64,000 bases of DNA, taken from Phoronis australis. Its lineage: Eukaryota > Animalia > Phoronida. The stretch is from NCBI GenBank assembly GCA_002633005.1, contig NMRA01000111.1:524866-588865 (forward strand), written 5' to 3'. A model generated the notes under the pieces. It saw nothing but the letters and a program-made list of their open reading frames with translations, was not told where the DNA came from and made no database searches. Both the position numbers and the translations under genes were made by a program. This document shows positions 1 to 12,423 of this stretch, in pieces (position 1 is the first letter of the stretch; each line of letters begins with the position of its first letter).

Positions 1-38
1 TGTCTATACCATGCATTTTTCATTAATTTATTACTCAC

Positions 39-418
39 TGTTTCGCTCCTGGTCTTCAAAGAAAGCAATCTTTAAAGCTTCCTTTCTCTCCGTGTAGGCC
101 TACTCCTCGATATCCTTCCCGTCGCACTCATCTATGACTTCAGTCAGATTCTCAACGGAAAATTTAACGTCTTTAATAAACGATAGCTCAACACTGGGTT
201 TTCTCAAGCTCATCTGTCAAATCATCGCTAGTTGTACTCTGTAATATCTCACCCTCCGCGTTTCGTTTCTTTGGGAGGTTGCGGTGTCGTGAAACAACAC
301 CGTCGGGTGAGAGATGTTGCACCGGATAATTGGAATTAGTTGCAGTAATTTCCTTTAGAGTGCCCCGACTGCCGTTTTCTTGGCAAGTCACCTTGCCTTC
401 CTAAACTTTTCCGGGCAT
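39..418 (-). pseudogene. Decayed coding-like exon (acidic, unknown family)
   Basis: ATG at 418, protein-like text over two frames (..DDLTDELEK / SVELSFIKDVKFSVENLTEVIDECDGKDIEE*AYTERKEALKIAFFEDQERN), ending in a GTGAGT donor at 38-33. Two stops and a frameshift. Confidence 0.3.
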
Positions 419-840
419 TTAAGACATCGGACTTCTGCGGTAATCAACCTTTTATCTGCTATATAAATGTTACGCCTAATTTTCTACCATTTTAGCACAC
501 TTTGTGGCTCTCGAGCATATCACGGGCCTGCTGTAAGTCTAACGTTAGCTATTTCGGCAAAAATCGCACACAGCTACAGTTAGCACTGTCATAATCATAT
601 TTCTTAATTCCGCCACAGTATTGCATACTTGGAAGTTAGTTTTGCTTGGTGTTCTCCCAAATTAATCCAAAATAGTTGTTCATTATTAAATGCCCCATTT
701 CCTCCCCAAGGACAGTTCCGCCAACACAAAACGTTTCCTTGCCATTCTTCAAAATTCGTGTACATGCGCTTGCTTCAAAGGACCAGTAGCCGTGGCTGGA
801 ATGTCGGGAGCTTCACGACTAAGACTACAGCTAACTCCTG

Positions 841-1770
841 TTGAAATTCTTCATACTTCAAAATTGTTGTTTGCAGGTGCTGATAATTGCCTTCAATAGT
901 TTTCATAATAAGAGACTAGAAATCCGAGTTATCACACACGCCAACTGGCCTGCTGCTGCCTTCCATTTTCACTGCATGACAGCGTTTTCGCGTTCAGTGA
1001 CTGAAGCAGTCACTGAATGGGACCATTGGTGACATTTAAGTGACCACCTTTTTCGCTCACGCAGAGAGGGCCCAATGTTGGAATTCAGTGATTACCTCTA
1101 TTTTCCTGTGAAATCGCACAACCGGTTTCCATATTGAGGAATGTCATTTCTTGCTGGGTCACACGACGTGTAAAAGAATCAACTGTCACTCTTTCCCAAG
1201 CTTAATGATTTTTAGTCTATCATACCACTTTAGACGGGATCCTCTCCCGATGGGGCGCTTCGGGAGAATTGACCTTTTCGTCAATGGGCAGGGCACCATA
1301 GGGCGCTGGGGGGAGGGCTATAGCCCCACTTTTTCAGTGCTACGCTGCATATGGTCTATAGGCGGTGCACTACGGGGGGACTGAGGGGGTTTTAGCCCCC
1401 ACTTTTTTCAGTGCTGTGCCCTGTGCCTCTNAAATTCTTCATACTTCAAAATTGTTGTTTGCAGGTGCTGATAATTGCCTTCAATAGTTTTCATAATAAG
1501 AGACTAGAAATCCGAGTTATCACACACGCCAACTGGCCTGCTGCTGCCTTCCATTTTCACTGCATGACAGCGTTTTCGCGTTCAGTGATCCTCTCCCGAT
1601 GGGGCGCTTCGGGAGAATTGACCTTTTCGTCAATGGGCAGGGCACCATAGGGCGCTGGGGGGAGGGCTATAGCCCCACTTTTTCAGTGCTACGCTGCATA
1701 TGGTCTATAGGCGGTGCACTACGGGGGGACTGAGGGTGTTTTAGCCCCCACTTTTTTCAGTGCTGCGCCC
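841..1770 (+). repeat. Local tandem duplication across an assembly N (841-1420 vs 1431-1770)
   Basis: 843-1000 = 1432-1588 and 1240-1420 = 1589-1770; the second copy lacks 1001-1239; N at 1431. Confidence 0.85.
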
Positions 1771-2016
1771 GGTATACACCTCCGACATGTCTCTGCCAAC
1801 TACTCACGAGGGGAAGTTGAGATTCCAAATTCATCAAAAACACAAAACATTAGTGCACAACACAGAAGCTACCTTGTAAGAGATGACGATGCGTTACTAA
1901 ACTTAGTTGAAGGCTGACTTGGGGAAAATTCTACCAATCATCAGACCACCATGTCGCAATGAAGTACACTAACGATGACAGTGATAAGTTCATGAATGTC
2001 GAGCAGCTCTAAATGC

Positions 2017-2022
2017 TTTATT
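2017..2022 (-). promoter_or_regulatory. Candidate polyadenylation signal AATAAA of the astacin gene
   Basis: tttatt on + strand, 4 nt outside the TTAA flank of the left transposon copy; inference from position only. Confidence 0.25.
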
Positions 2023-2030
2023 GAAATTAA

Positions 2031-5000
2031 GAGCAATTCCATATAAAAACCAGATGGTGGGCTATATATGCAAAATCACCAATTTTTTTGAAACTTAGCA
2101 CATCAGCTGGCTTTGTCAAAAGAAACCTGAGCCTGGATTTTTAAGAGTTTCCGAGTTTTTTTAACCCTTTTTACGACCACTTTGTACTTTTTCCGAAAAA
2201 TAGCAAATAATAGTACTTGGAAGTAGGTAACTGTTTGTCAGCAACAACACATCATTGCTTCACGCTATAGAAAAAATTAACTATATAGCAGAAAGAAGAA
2301 AGAATAACGTACAAGAAAAACAAATTCGGAAGGATTTTTTGATTTTTTATGTCCTCCCACTTTAGCCTACAAAAATATCATTTTCACTGATTATTATTAA
2401 GGCCATTTTTACGCATTTTTATCACTGTCCCAAATCTATATCGGATTTTTTTGGAACATGACTTAACTTTCATCTGTTACTGCTGTCTTTGTTCAGCCCA
2501 ACGCAAGAATAAAAAATCTTGTCTCTTTCATAGTTTTTGTGCAGTCAGTTTTTTACATAACTCACACACTTTTCTGCCAATACAACCTCATCACCATCTC
2601 ATACTTCAGAGAAGCATTTTTATTCTTATTAAGGGTGCCCATTACCCGTTGCTTGGCCAGTTTTCAAACACCGTAACTGACTAAGAATCCCACGCACTGC
2701 CTGCAGTGCATGCTGGTCCATTTTCAGACCTCCTTGACAAATCCCTGTATATGCGCATGGAAAAGTCCTCTAAAACTAGTAGCAAAGTTCATACTAAAAC
2801 TAATCAAGATCTTCGAGATCACACGTGAAAAGAGGACGGTGGATACGAGAAGTGTCGTGTTATGGGACATACAAAGTGTCACGCAATGCTTCTTGTACTA
2901 CACAAAAGCGGTCGAGCATGGTGGCAGTGAGCCAGTGGAATTTGCAATTTCAGAAAAATAACAGGTACGGATATTTACGATTGAAAACATAATACTTTCA
3001 GTGATATCCAAGATACCGGCTTTCCAAACCAGTATTTAAGCAATTGGGTGTTGGTGCGACGTACCAGCTAAAAGTTTCACAATATGTAAATTCCGTTCAT
3101 GAGGCGGGCTCAAAACCACAGTTTCTTGAAGGTATGCTAGGTTTAGTGTATGATGCATTTCTACACAACACTTCAAAAAAACTGCATTCTGTTTGAAGAA
3201 AACAAGAGCTACTGAAACACAAAGTCTTTTTATTTTGCTCAGTACACGTGTCTAAGATAGACGTTTCTCTATAATAGATAATCAGTCCTATAAAAATCTC
3301 AGTAGTTTCAAGAGAATCAATCACGTAAAGGTATGCTTCACGAGTCTCAAACTGAACATAAAAAACGCTAGTAAAAAGTGACAGAAGATTTCAATGTTGA
3401 CCATCAGTGGCTTGGATTATTTTCACCAAACATCCACCACTCAAATTTCTCCTCCATGGAAGGCCCTAATTTGCGTCATCTTCCATTTTTTTCCAATTTC
3501 GCCCAGGGTGGACGCCAGTCCCCTAGCTACGATAATGATGACCACAACAATATCGTAAGAATAGACAACAACTAAAACATGTTCATAATTTCCTACAGTT
3601 TATGATGACTTCAAGCTGCTCCAACTCATTCATTGAGGCAAACTCGTGGGCAGCAGCAGCATCAGCATTCTCAATATTCTGAATATATATATTCGAGACG
3701 CGGCAACCATACGGGAAAAATCCAGCAATCTGCTACTCCGACAGCCACTCTTCAGAGGAGAAAACTTTTCTTTGCTTATTCCTGGGTTCTCGCATCATCT
3801 TTACAACCTCAGCTGACTGTTGTTTTCTGCCTGATTGTCCACCTTCAGAAAATATATCCCTGGGTTAAGTCTTTACCTTCTCAGAGAAGCGGATCGCTTT
3901 TCTAGTACTTTTCAGGGCTCAATCCTGCGGCGACTTGATCAACAACGTAAACGGCAGACAACTCAGGTGATGATACAGCTGTGTTAGTAGATAAAATCTC
4001 AGATTGTCATGAAATGTGGTCGAACTGAGTCTCGTTCTGGAGGGATGATGAACGAGCACCAACATCCAAGTGCTCATTTAGCTAAGCATCTGTAGGAAAA
4101 GATTTCGAGCACCCATAGTGTTTGCATGTGAACTTCGTATGGCGTTCACGGGATACCAGCCCCGACTCAACCCTTGGAGTTGTAAAACAATGGAGTGTTG
4201 CAAGGTCTAGACTTTTCAGAGGCAACAATTTACATGACTTGTTGATGACAAGTTTTTGATCCCATACTCTATGGGCCTTCTATGCTCGAATGCCATCTGC
4301 GGAATACTCAAAGTTTGTCAGCAAACTTATCCCTGGGATACACTGTGCTTGGGAAGGACCTTTGGGGCATTCACACTACAGGACGACACCTAATAGCCTT
4401 TGACACCTCATCTAGACTCTAGTGCATGTTTCAGGTCGACTGCATTTTCAACGTTGTTGCCTTCATTGACGAAGTACTTGGCATGGGACTTCAAGGGTGC
4501 GATTTTCCTGTCACAGATGTCTTTTCCCTTCTGACTTTCACTGAACTCGTAGCGAAGAATGGAGATGCCGGTGTTACCAGATATGTAGAACAAATGAATC
4601 AGAAGGGCGGCTGAACGGTAACAATTGGCATTGTCGGAGCGTAGGAAAGCTTTCGTTATTTGTGGATTCCTAGCTTTCACCTGCCTTAGCACATCTAGTG
4701 ATAAACAGCAAACAGTGAAATAGTCTTGCTTGCAGGCATCTAGAGTATGGATGTAAGTATGTACCTGAAATACAATAATTATGTAACTCAAATAGGTCAG
4801 CTAATTTAAAGAACTACCTTATTATATCTTATTACCACCTAAGCACAATCACACCACTCAACTTCAAACATGGTTCGTCTCAACACGGTTATTATATCAG
4901 TAGCTCCCTTCAAAACATTTCTAGGGAGGGGGAAATTTCCCCTTCACAAAGATATGTACAAAATGGCTTCAGTTAAAATGAAGGCTTGTGTGCAAAATCT

Positions 5001-6453
5001 ACTAAGAGAAAAATAATGCATCAATGTCAAGCTTTTGTTGGGCAAGAAAAGACTAGATATTAAGTACACACTCCCTGTATCTTGTGACTGTTACAGTAAA
5101 TCAATATACTAAAAAGAGGTAAAGGCAACAACATTGTTCATCACTGGCTTTCTGTTTAATATTGAGCACATCTGAGAATTACTTTGTAACTCCTTGAATA
5201 CTAATTGATGATTTATTTTTACCTGATGGCTTTCACCTTTCTTTGTCATACAAGCCGCCACGTGCCATGAGATCCAGTCGGACTGCGCTTCACGGAAACT
5301 GATGGGAATGAACTTCATTGCAAAATCCATTACAACCAAAACTTGGTGTGGGGTGAGAGTTGACATCAGATCCTGTTTTGCTTGTTCCTAGTTTATCCCT
5401 CTGACAACATTCTGTGTGTTCGTGATAACAGCACGTCAGTTTTTGTCTAAAATCAAGTCCAAACTCATGTCGATGTGTAAAATATATAACGGCGCATTTC
5501 CATTGGTTTGCCAGTCCAACCTCCTATCTCCAGCTCTGACAAGAATCAGCTGTAATTCCGATATACTTTCAATCTTCTGTGGCACTTTGCACGACCTCAG
5601 ATGACTTCTGGCGTCTTTAACACGGCTAATGAAGGCCACATTTCCTCCGCGATCACACTTATGTAACGAAAATTGACCAAATGTACAAGAAGGAAATTCC
5701 TCCATATTCTTTGCAGTGACAGGAAGTGCTAGTAATCTCGAACCCTAAAGTGCTATTGGTAAAATTAAACAAAGAATGGACTGTTTTAGAAAATTGGGGT
5801 CTCAAAAAATTTTTGTGATATTGAATTGTTGATATTATATCATATATTTTAGGAGATATCTCTAAACTAAAAGAGTAGCCTCAACTCTCTTGTCAGTCAG
5901 AACAAGGCCACATCACAAAAATGCCCAAATTCGAGGGCCACTTTTAAAACTAAATATAAAAGACAAGTTTTTTTAAAAGCAATTTTCAAAGTTCAATCTT
6001 AGAAGTGTCTACAAAGAGAATTTCAACTTCATATATATTCCGATATAGCAGGCAGGTTAAGCAACATCTTGCCACTTGTGACTGGCCTGAAAAGTGGTCT
6101 CGGAGTTTTCTCCCCAGCTGGAAATTTAATTGTACCTATGAGTTGCAAATTTCATTTTCTTACTAACCTTACATGAGTCCTTATGACCATCAATGTCAAA
6201 CTTTGTCACCGGTTTTCCAAGTCTGATTTTTTTGCCGTTCAAAAATTGCAGTTTTCCTGACATGAAAAAATGCAAAATATGACTTTATAGCCAAATAGGT
6301 CATATCTCGGTAACCAACGGTCATTGAGTGCAAATATTGCAGCAGTGTACGTTGGGCCAGCATCCCAAAACATGCACAAAGTATTAGTTCTGTATGAATT
6401 TTTGAGTATATAGTGATTTTTCATTTTCATATGGTTTTTATATGGAATCATTC
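2031..6453 (-). mobile_element. Sola3-like DNA transposon, decayed non-autonomous copy A
   Basis: TTAA on both sides (2027-2030, 6454-6457). Ends GAGCAATTCCATATAAAAACCAGATG / CATATGGTTTTTATATGGAATCATTC form a ~26-bp imperfect TIR. Transposase remnants VMDFAMKFIP..REAQSDW..ISWH, FLRSDNANCY, FSESQKGKDICDRK. TTAA target with GAG terminus is the described Sola3 signature (recalled, not searched). Confidence 0.8.
3590..5705 (-). pseudogene. Sola3-like transposase pseudogene (copy A) with intron 5222-4765
   Basis: Mirror of copy B (ORFs 5436-5705, 5109-5366, 4408-4791). Retains the D residues in VMDFAMK, RSDNA and GKDICDR, but has stops and frameshifts. Confidence 0.8.
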
Positions 6454-6515
6454 TTAAAAACTAGACTATTGAAATTTAAAAAATTGTAAACCGTAGATCG
6501 AAAAAGAAGTTCAAG

Positions 6516-6628
6516 TCATTGTTCATAAATTTGCAAAGATTGTCTTTGCACTTCCTTGTCACGGTAGTATTGTGCAATGAATTTTGGCTCTTCTAAACCG
6601 AAACGTTTGCTTGCCATTCCCGTGCATA
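6516..6628 (-). pseudogene. Candidate former terminal exon of the astacin gene (CTGMASKRFGLEEPKFIAQYYRDKEVQRQSLQIYEQ*)
   Basis: cag acceptor, phase-1 open frame of 36 codons plus stop, and an AATAAA ~65 nt after the stop once the left transposon copy is removed. No recognisable domain. Confidence 0.3.
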
Positions 6629-7768
6629 CTGCACAGGCTGGGCACGTCATGACTCAGTGACGTACCCACGTTAAAAATAAGGTGTAGTCATTCATTAGAC
6701 CGGCGTAGAATCCGCGGTCCGTGATTGACGAGAAATGAACTTGAAGTGCAGGCGTTGAAGTGTGTACATTTTTGGGACAAACGTTCATTTTCCCCAGCCG
6801 CCCGGCAGAAGCTGGACAAGTGGCCGTGTTTCAACAAGGAATTTTGATGAGATCTATAGGCCAAGGACTTCGGGGACCATACCTTTCAAAAAATCTTTGG
6901 GAATGACCCTATTAAAATGAACTTTTCCCGAAACTGGGATCAAAAAACTTTGAGCTACGCCGCACGTCCCAAATGAATCGTAGCGGAGCTGTCCAGCGAC
7001 TAGCATTAGTTCATCGAATTGCACGTGCATGGATCAGACTTCCCGGGGACCTCCACGACACCGGCCACGCTACTGAATTTTTGCTTTTAAATCTGGATTT
7101 AAGCAAAATGACTAAGTCCACGCATACACACATGCAAGCGTATCCAAATACAATTAAATGTATTTTCATGTGAAACCATACTCAATGTTCTTGGAATCAT
7201 ACTAGGATATACCCGATCAGGTAGACTACTGCGTTTCAACTAGTCATACACTATAAGCACATGACGTTTCAAATTGGAAGCTCGCGCCGTATGACGTCGT
7301 ATGACGTGGCGATGCGAGCCTCATTTGCATATGTTAGTCACATCTGTTGGTTCAAAAAAGAGGCTCATGCCCGAGTACATGCCTGGGAAGAGGCATCTTT
7401 TGGAAGGGTAAAGCATGCCACGTTCAAAGCATCCCAGTACCAGTAATATGTAGTCTTTGAGGACCAAAGTGGTGTCATTTTATAGCTAAAGAGTTATTAA
7501 TAATCTTTCAAACATAATGCTTGGATTCCAGATAAGATGAACATTTACTTTTGAAATCACGTTTGAAATCACGTTAAAATGCGCTAAAACAGTTGTCCCT
7601 TCCTGGTTATCTCTTCCTGCTTGTACTTATAGCCAGAAAATCCCCCAAAACACCATGAAAAATACAGAGTATCTCACAGCTTAAGGAATGTTGCTAAGCA
7701 TAATTGTTCAAACATGGTGGCACAGATGTCGTTGTTGTTGTCACGCCAATACATTATCCGCAGGTTAA

Positions 7769-10700
7769 GAATAATTCCATATAAAAATCATATGAAAATG
7801 AAAAATCACTACATACTCAAAAATTCATACAGAACTAATACTTTGTGCATGTGTTGGGATGGTGGCTCAAAGTACACTGCTGCAATATTTGCACTCAATG
7901 ACCTTTGGTTACCGAGATATGACCTATTTGGCTATAAAGTCATATTTTGCAATTATTCATGTCAGTAAAACTGCATTTTTTGAACGGCAAAAAATCAGAC
8001 TTGGAAAACTGTTGACAAAGTTTGACGTTGATGGTCATAAAGACTCATGTAAGGTTAGTAAATAAATGAAATTTGCGACTCATAGGTACAATTAAATTTC
8101 CAGCAGGGGCGAAAACTCCGAGACCACTTTTCAGGCCAGTCACAAGTGGCAAGATGTTGCTTAACCTGCCTGCTATATAGGAATATATTTGAAGTTGAAA
8201 TTCTCTTTGTAGACACTTCTAAGATTGAACTTTGATAATTGCTTTTAAAAAAAACTTGTCTCCAACATATTTAGTTTTAAACGTGGCCCTCGAATTTGGG
8301 CATTTTTGTTATGTGGCCTTACTCTGACTGACAAGAGAGTTGAGGCTACACTTTTAGTTTAGAGATATCACCTAAAATACATGATCTAATATCAACAATG
8401 CAATATCACAAAAATTTAAATTTCACTTTTGACTCACCAATAGCACTTTAGGGTTCGAGATTACATGCACTTCCTGTCACTGCAAAGAATATGGAGGAAT
8501 TTGTTTCTTGTACATTTTGTCAATTTTCGTTACATACGTGTGATCACGGAGGAAATGTGGCCTTCATTAGCTGTGTTGAAGACGTCAGAAGTTATCTGAG
8601 GTCGTGCAAAGTGCCACAGAAGTTTGAAAGTATATCGGAATTGCAGCTGATTCTTGCCAGAGCTGGAGATAGGAGGTTGGACTGGCAAACCAATGGAAAT
8701 GCGCCGTTATATAATTTACACATCGACATGAGTTTGGACTTGGTTTTAGACAAAAACTGATGTGCTGTTATCACGAACACACGGAATATTGTCAGAGGGA
8801 TAAACCAGGAACAAGCAAAACAGGATCTGATGTCATCTCTCACCCCACACCAAGTTTTGGTTGTAATGAATTTTGCAAAGAAGTTCATACCCATCAGTTT
8901 CCGTGAAGCACAGTCCGACTGTTTTGGTAAAAAGGATCTCATGGCACGTGGCGGCTTGTATGACAAAGAAAGGTGAAAGCCATCAGGTAAAAATAAATCC
9001 TCAATTAGTATTCAAGGTGTTACAAAGTCATTCTTAGATGTGCTCAATACTAAAGAGAAAGCCAGTGATGAACAATGTTGTTGCCTTTACCTCTTTTAGT
9101 ATATTGATTTACTGTAACAGTACAAGATACAGGGAGTGTGTACTTAATATCTTGTCTTTTTCTTGCCATTTTTCAACAAAAGCTTGACAGTGATGCATTA
9201 TTTTTCTCTTAGTAGATTTTTCACACAAGCCTTCATTTTAACTGAAGCCATTTTATACTTATGGATGATTTTAAAATCTTTGTGAAGGGGAAATTTCCCA
9301 CCTCCCTAGAAATGTTTTGAAGGACCTACTGATATAACAACCGTGTTGAGACGAACCATGTTTGAAGTTGAGTGGTGTGATTGCGGTTTAGGTGGTAATA
9401 ATATATAATAACGTAGTTCTTTAAACTAGCTGACCTATTTGAGTTACATAATTATTGTATTTCAGGTACATACTTACATCCATAATCTAGATACCTGCAA
9501 GCAAGACTTTTTCACTGTTTGCTGTTTAACGCTAGGTGTGCTAAGGCAGGTGAAAGCTAGGGATCCACAAATAACGGAAGCTTTCCTACGCTCCGACAAT
9601 GCCAGTTGTTACCACTCAGCCGCGCTTCTGGTTCATTTGTTCTACATATCTGGTAACACCGGCATCTCCATTCTGCGCTACGACTTCAGTGAAAGTCAGA
9701 AGGGAAAAGACATCTATGACAGGAAAATCGCACCCTTGAAGTCCCATGCCAAGTACGTCGTCAATGAAGGCAACAACGTTCAAAATGCAGTCGACCTGAA
9801 ACATGCGCTAGAGTCTAGAGGCTGTTAGGTGTCGTCCTGTAGTGTGAATGCCCCAAAGGTCCTTCCCAAGCACAATATCCCAGAAATAAGTTTGCTGACA
9901 AACTTTGAGTACTCCGCAGATGGCATTCGAGCATGGAAGACCCATAGAGTAGGGGAGGGAAAACTTGTCATCAACAAGTCATGTAAACTATTGCCTCTGA
10001 AAAGTCTTGACCTTGCAACACTCGAGTGTTTTACAACTCCAAGGGTTGAGTCGGGGCTGGTATCCCGTGAACGTCATGCGAAGTTCATATGCACATACTA
10101 TGGGTGCTCAAAATCTTTTCCTACAGATGCTGAGCTAAATGAGCACTTGAATGTTGGTGCTCATTCATTATCCCTCCAGAACGAGACTCAGTTCAACCAC
10201 ATTTCAAGACAGTCTAAGATTTTATCTAGTACCACAGCTGTATCATCACCTGAGTTGTCTGCCGTTTACGTTGTTGATGAAGTCGCTGCAGGATTGGGCC
10301 CTGAAAAGTACTAGAAAAGCGGCCCGCTTCTCCGAGAAGGTAAAGACTTAACCCAGTGATATATTTTCTGAAGGTGAACAGTCAGGCAGAAAACAACAGC
10401 CAGCTGAGGTTGTAAAGATGATGCGAGAAGCCAGGAATAAGCAAAGAAAAGAGTGGCTGTCGGAGTAGCAGATTGCTGGATTTTTTCCCGTATGGTTGCC
10501 GCGTCTCCAATCAGAATATTGAAGATGCTGATGCTGCTGCCCACGAGTTTGCCTCAATGAATGAGTTGGAGCTTGAAGTCATGAATGAGTTATCATCATA
10601 AACTGTAGGAAATTATGAACAAGTTTTAATTGTTGTGTATTCTTGCGATATTGTTGTGGTCATCATTATCGTAGCTAGGGGACTGGGGTTCACCCTGGGC

Positions 10701-12423
10701 GAAATTGGAAAAAAATGGAAGATGACGCAAATTACGGGCTTTCATGGGGGAGAGATTTTAATGGTGGCTGTTTGGGGAAATTAATCCAAGCCACTGATGG
10801 TAAAACATTAAAATCATCTGTCACTTTTTACTAGCGTTTTTTGTTTTATGTTCAGTTTGAGACTCGTAAAGCATACTTTTTACATGATTGATTCTCTTGA
10901 AACGACTGAGATTTTTATATGACTGATTATCTAGTTTTGAGAAACGTCTATCTTAGACCTGTGTACTGAGCAAAATAAAAAGACTTTGTGTTTCAGTAGC
11001 TCTTGTTTTCTTCAAACAGAATGCAGTTTTTTGAAGTGTTGTGTAGAAATGCATCATACACTAAACCTAGCATACCTTCAAGAAACTGTGGTTTTGAGTC
11101 CGCCGAATGAACGGAATTTACATATTGTGAAACTTTTAGCTGGTAAGACGCAACAACACCCAATTGCTTAAATACTGTTTTGGAAAGCAGGTATCTTAGA
11201 TATCAATGAAAGTATTCTGTTTTCAATCGTATGTATCCGTACCTGTTATTTTTACGAAATTTCAAATTCCACTGGCGCACTGCCACCATGCTCGGCAGCT
11301 TTTGTGTAGTACAAGAAGCATTGCGTGACAATTTGTATGTCCAATAAAACTACATTTCTCCTCGTATCCACCGTCCTCTTTTCACGTGTGATCTCGAAGA
11401 TCTTGATTAGTTTTAATATGAACTTTGCTATTAGTTTTAGAGGACTTATTCATGCGCATATACAGGGATTTGTCCAGGAGGTCTGAAAATGGACCATCAT
11501 GCACTGCAGGCAGTGCGCGGTATTCTTAGTCAGTTACGGTGTCTGAAAACTGGCCAAGCAATGGGTAATGGGCACACTTAATACGAATAAAAAGTGCTTC
11601 TCTGAAGTATGAGATGGTGATGGGGTTGTATTATTAACTCATAAGTACATTAAAATTGACTTTTTTGATTTCTGTAATCCTATAACAATTTTTTATTTTT
11701 GCACCAGCAAAACTGAAAATCCGCGAAGAAAAAATCTCTCATACAGCTTCCCATGATCTCGTTCGTCACTAATGTAGCAAAACGAATGATATTTGTTCTA
11801 TTTGGCATCTTGGTCGATGGATAATTGCACAATAGAGTAGCGCCTCCTAGAGTCTTTTAATCAAACTGACAGTCACTGATTGGAAGAAAAGTGTGTAAGT
11901 GAGTTATGTAAAAAACTGACAGCACAAAAACTATGAGAGACAAGATTTTTTATTCTTGCGTTGGGCTGAACAAAGACAGCAGTAACAGATGGAAGTTAAC
12001 TCATGTTCCAAAAGAATCCGATATAGATTTGGGAGAGTGATAAAAATGCGTAAAAATGACCTTAATAATAAGCATTGAAAATGATATTTCTGTAGGTTAA
12101 AATGGGAGGACATAAAAAATCAAAGAATCAATCCGAACTAGCTTTTCTTGTATGTTATTTTTTCTGCTTTCTGCTTTATAGTTATTTTTTCTATAGCATG
12201 AAGCGATCATGTGTTGTTGCTGACAAAATGTTACCTACTTCCAAGTACTATTATTTGTTATTTTTCGGAAAAAGTGGTCATAAAAACGGTTAACAAAAAC
12301 TCGGAAACTCTTAAAAATTCAGACTCAGGTTTCTTTTGACAAGGCCAGCTGATGTGCTGAGTTTCAAAAAAATGGTGATTTTGCTTATGTAGGCCACCAT
12401 CTGGTTTTTATATGGAATTGCTC
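7769..12423 (+). mobile_element. Sola3-like DNA transposon, decayed non-autonomous copy B (inverted relative to A)
   Basis: TTAA TSD at 7765-7768 and 12424-12427, confirmed by rejoining the interrupted ShK exon. Reverse complement of copy A throughout, ~90-92% identical in a spot check. Carries ~250 extra bp at ~11633-11881. Confidence 0.85.
8491..10590 (+). pseudogene. Sola3-like DDD transposase pseudogene (copy B) with spliceosomal intron 8987-9465
   Basis: MEEFVSC..ELQLILARAG; HRHEFGLGFRQKLMCCYHEH; IVRGINQEQAKQDL..VVMNFAKKFIP..FGKKG; cag|gtaa..ttcag|GTA intron; RSDNASCYHS; GKDIYDRK; C2H2 finger FICTYYGCSKSF..LNEHLNVGAH; WALKSTRKAARFSEK; QIAGFF. Multiple stops and frameshifts; 3' limit approximate. 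Confidence 0.8.

Noticed and set aside
2027-2033. piggyBac or Kolobok assignment based on the TTAA TSD
   Set aside because: Termini are GAG/GAA rather than the CC[C/T] of piggyBac, and the transposase motifs (DFAMK, SDNA, GKxxCDR) fit Sola3 rather than either family.
2031-12423. A single giant transposon with 4.4-kb TIRs inserted in one event
   Set aside because: The ShK exon halves flank copy B alone, so B inserted on its own and the spacer is host sequence.
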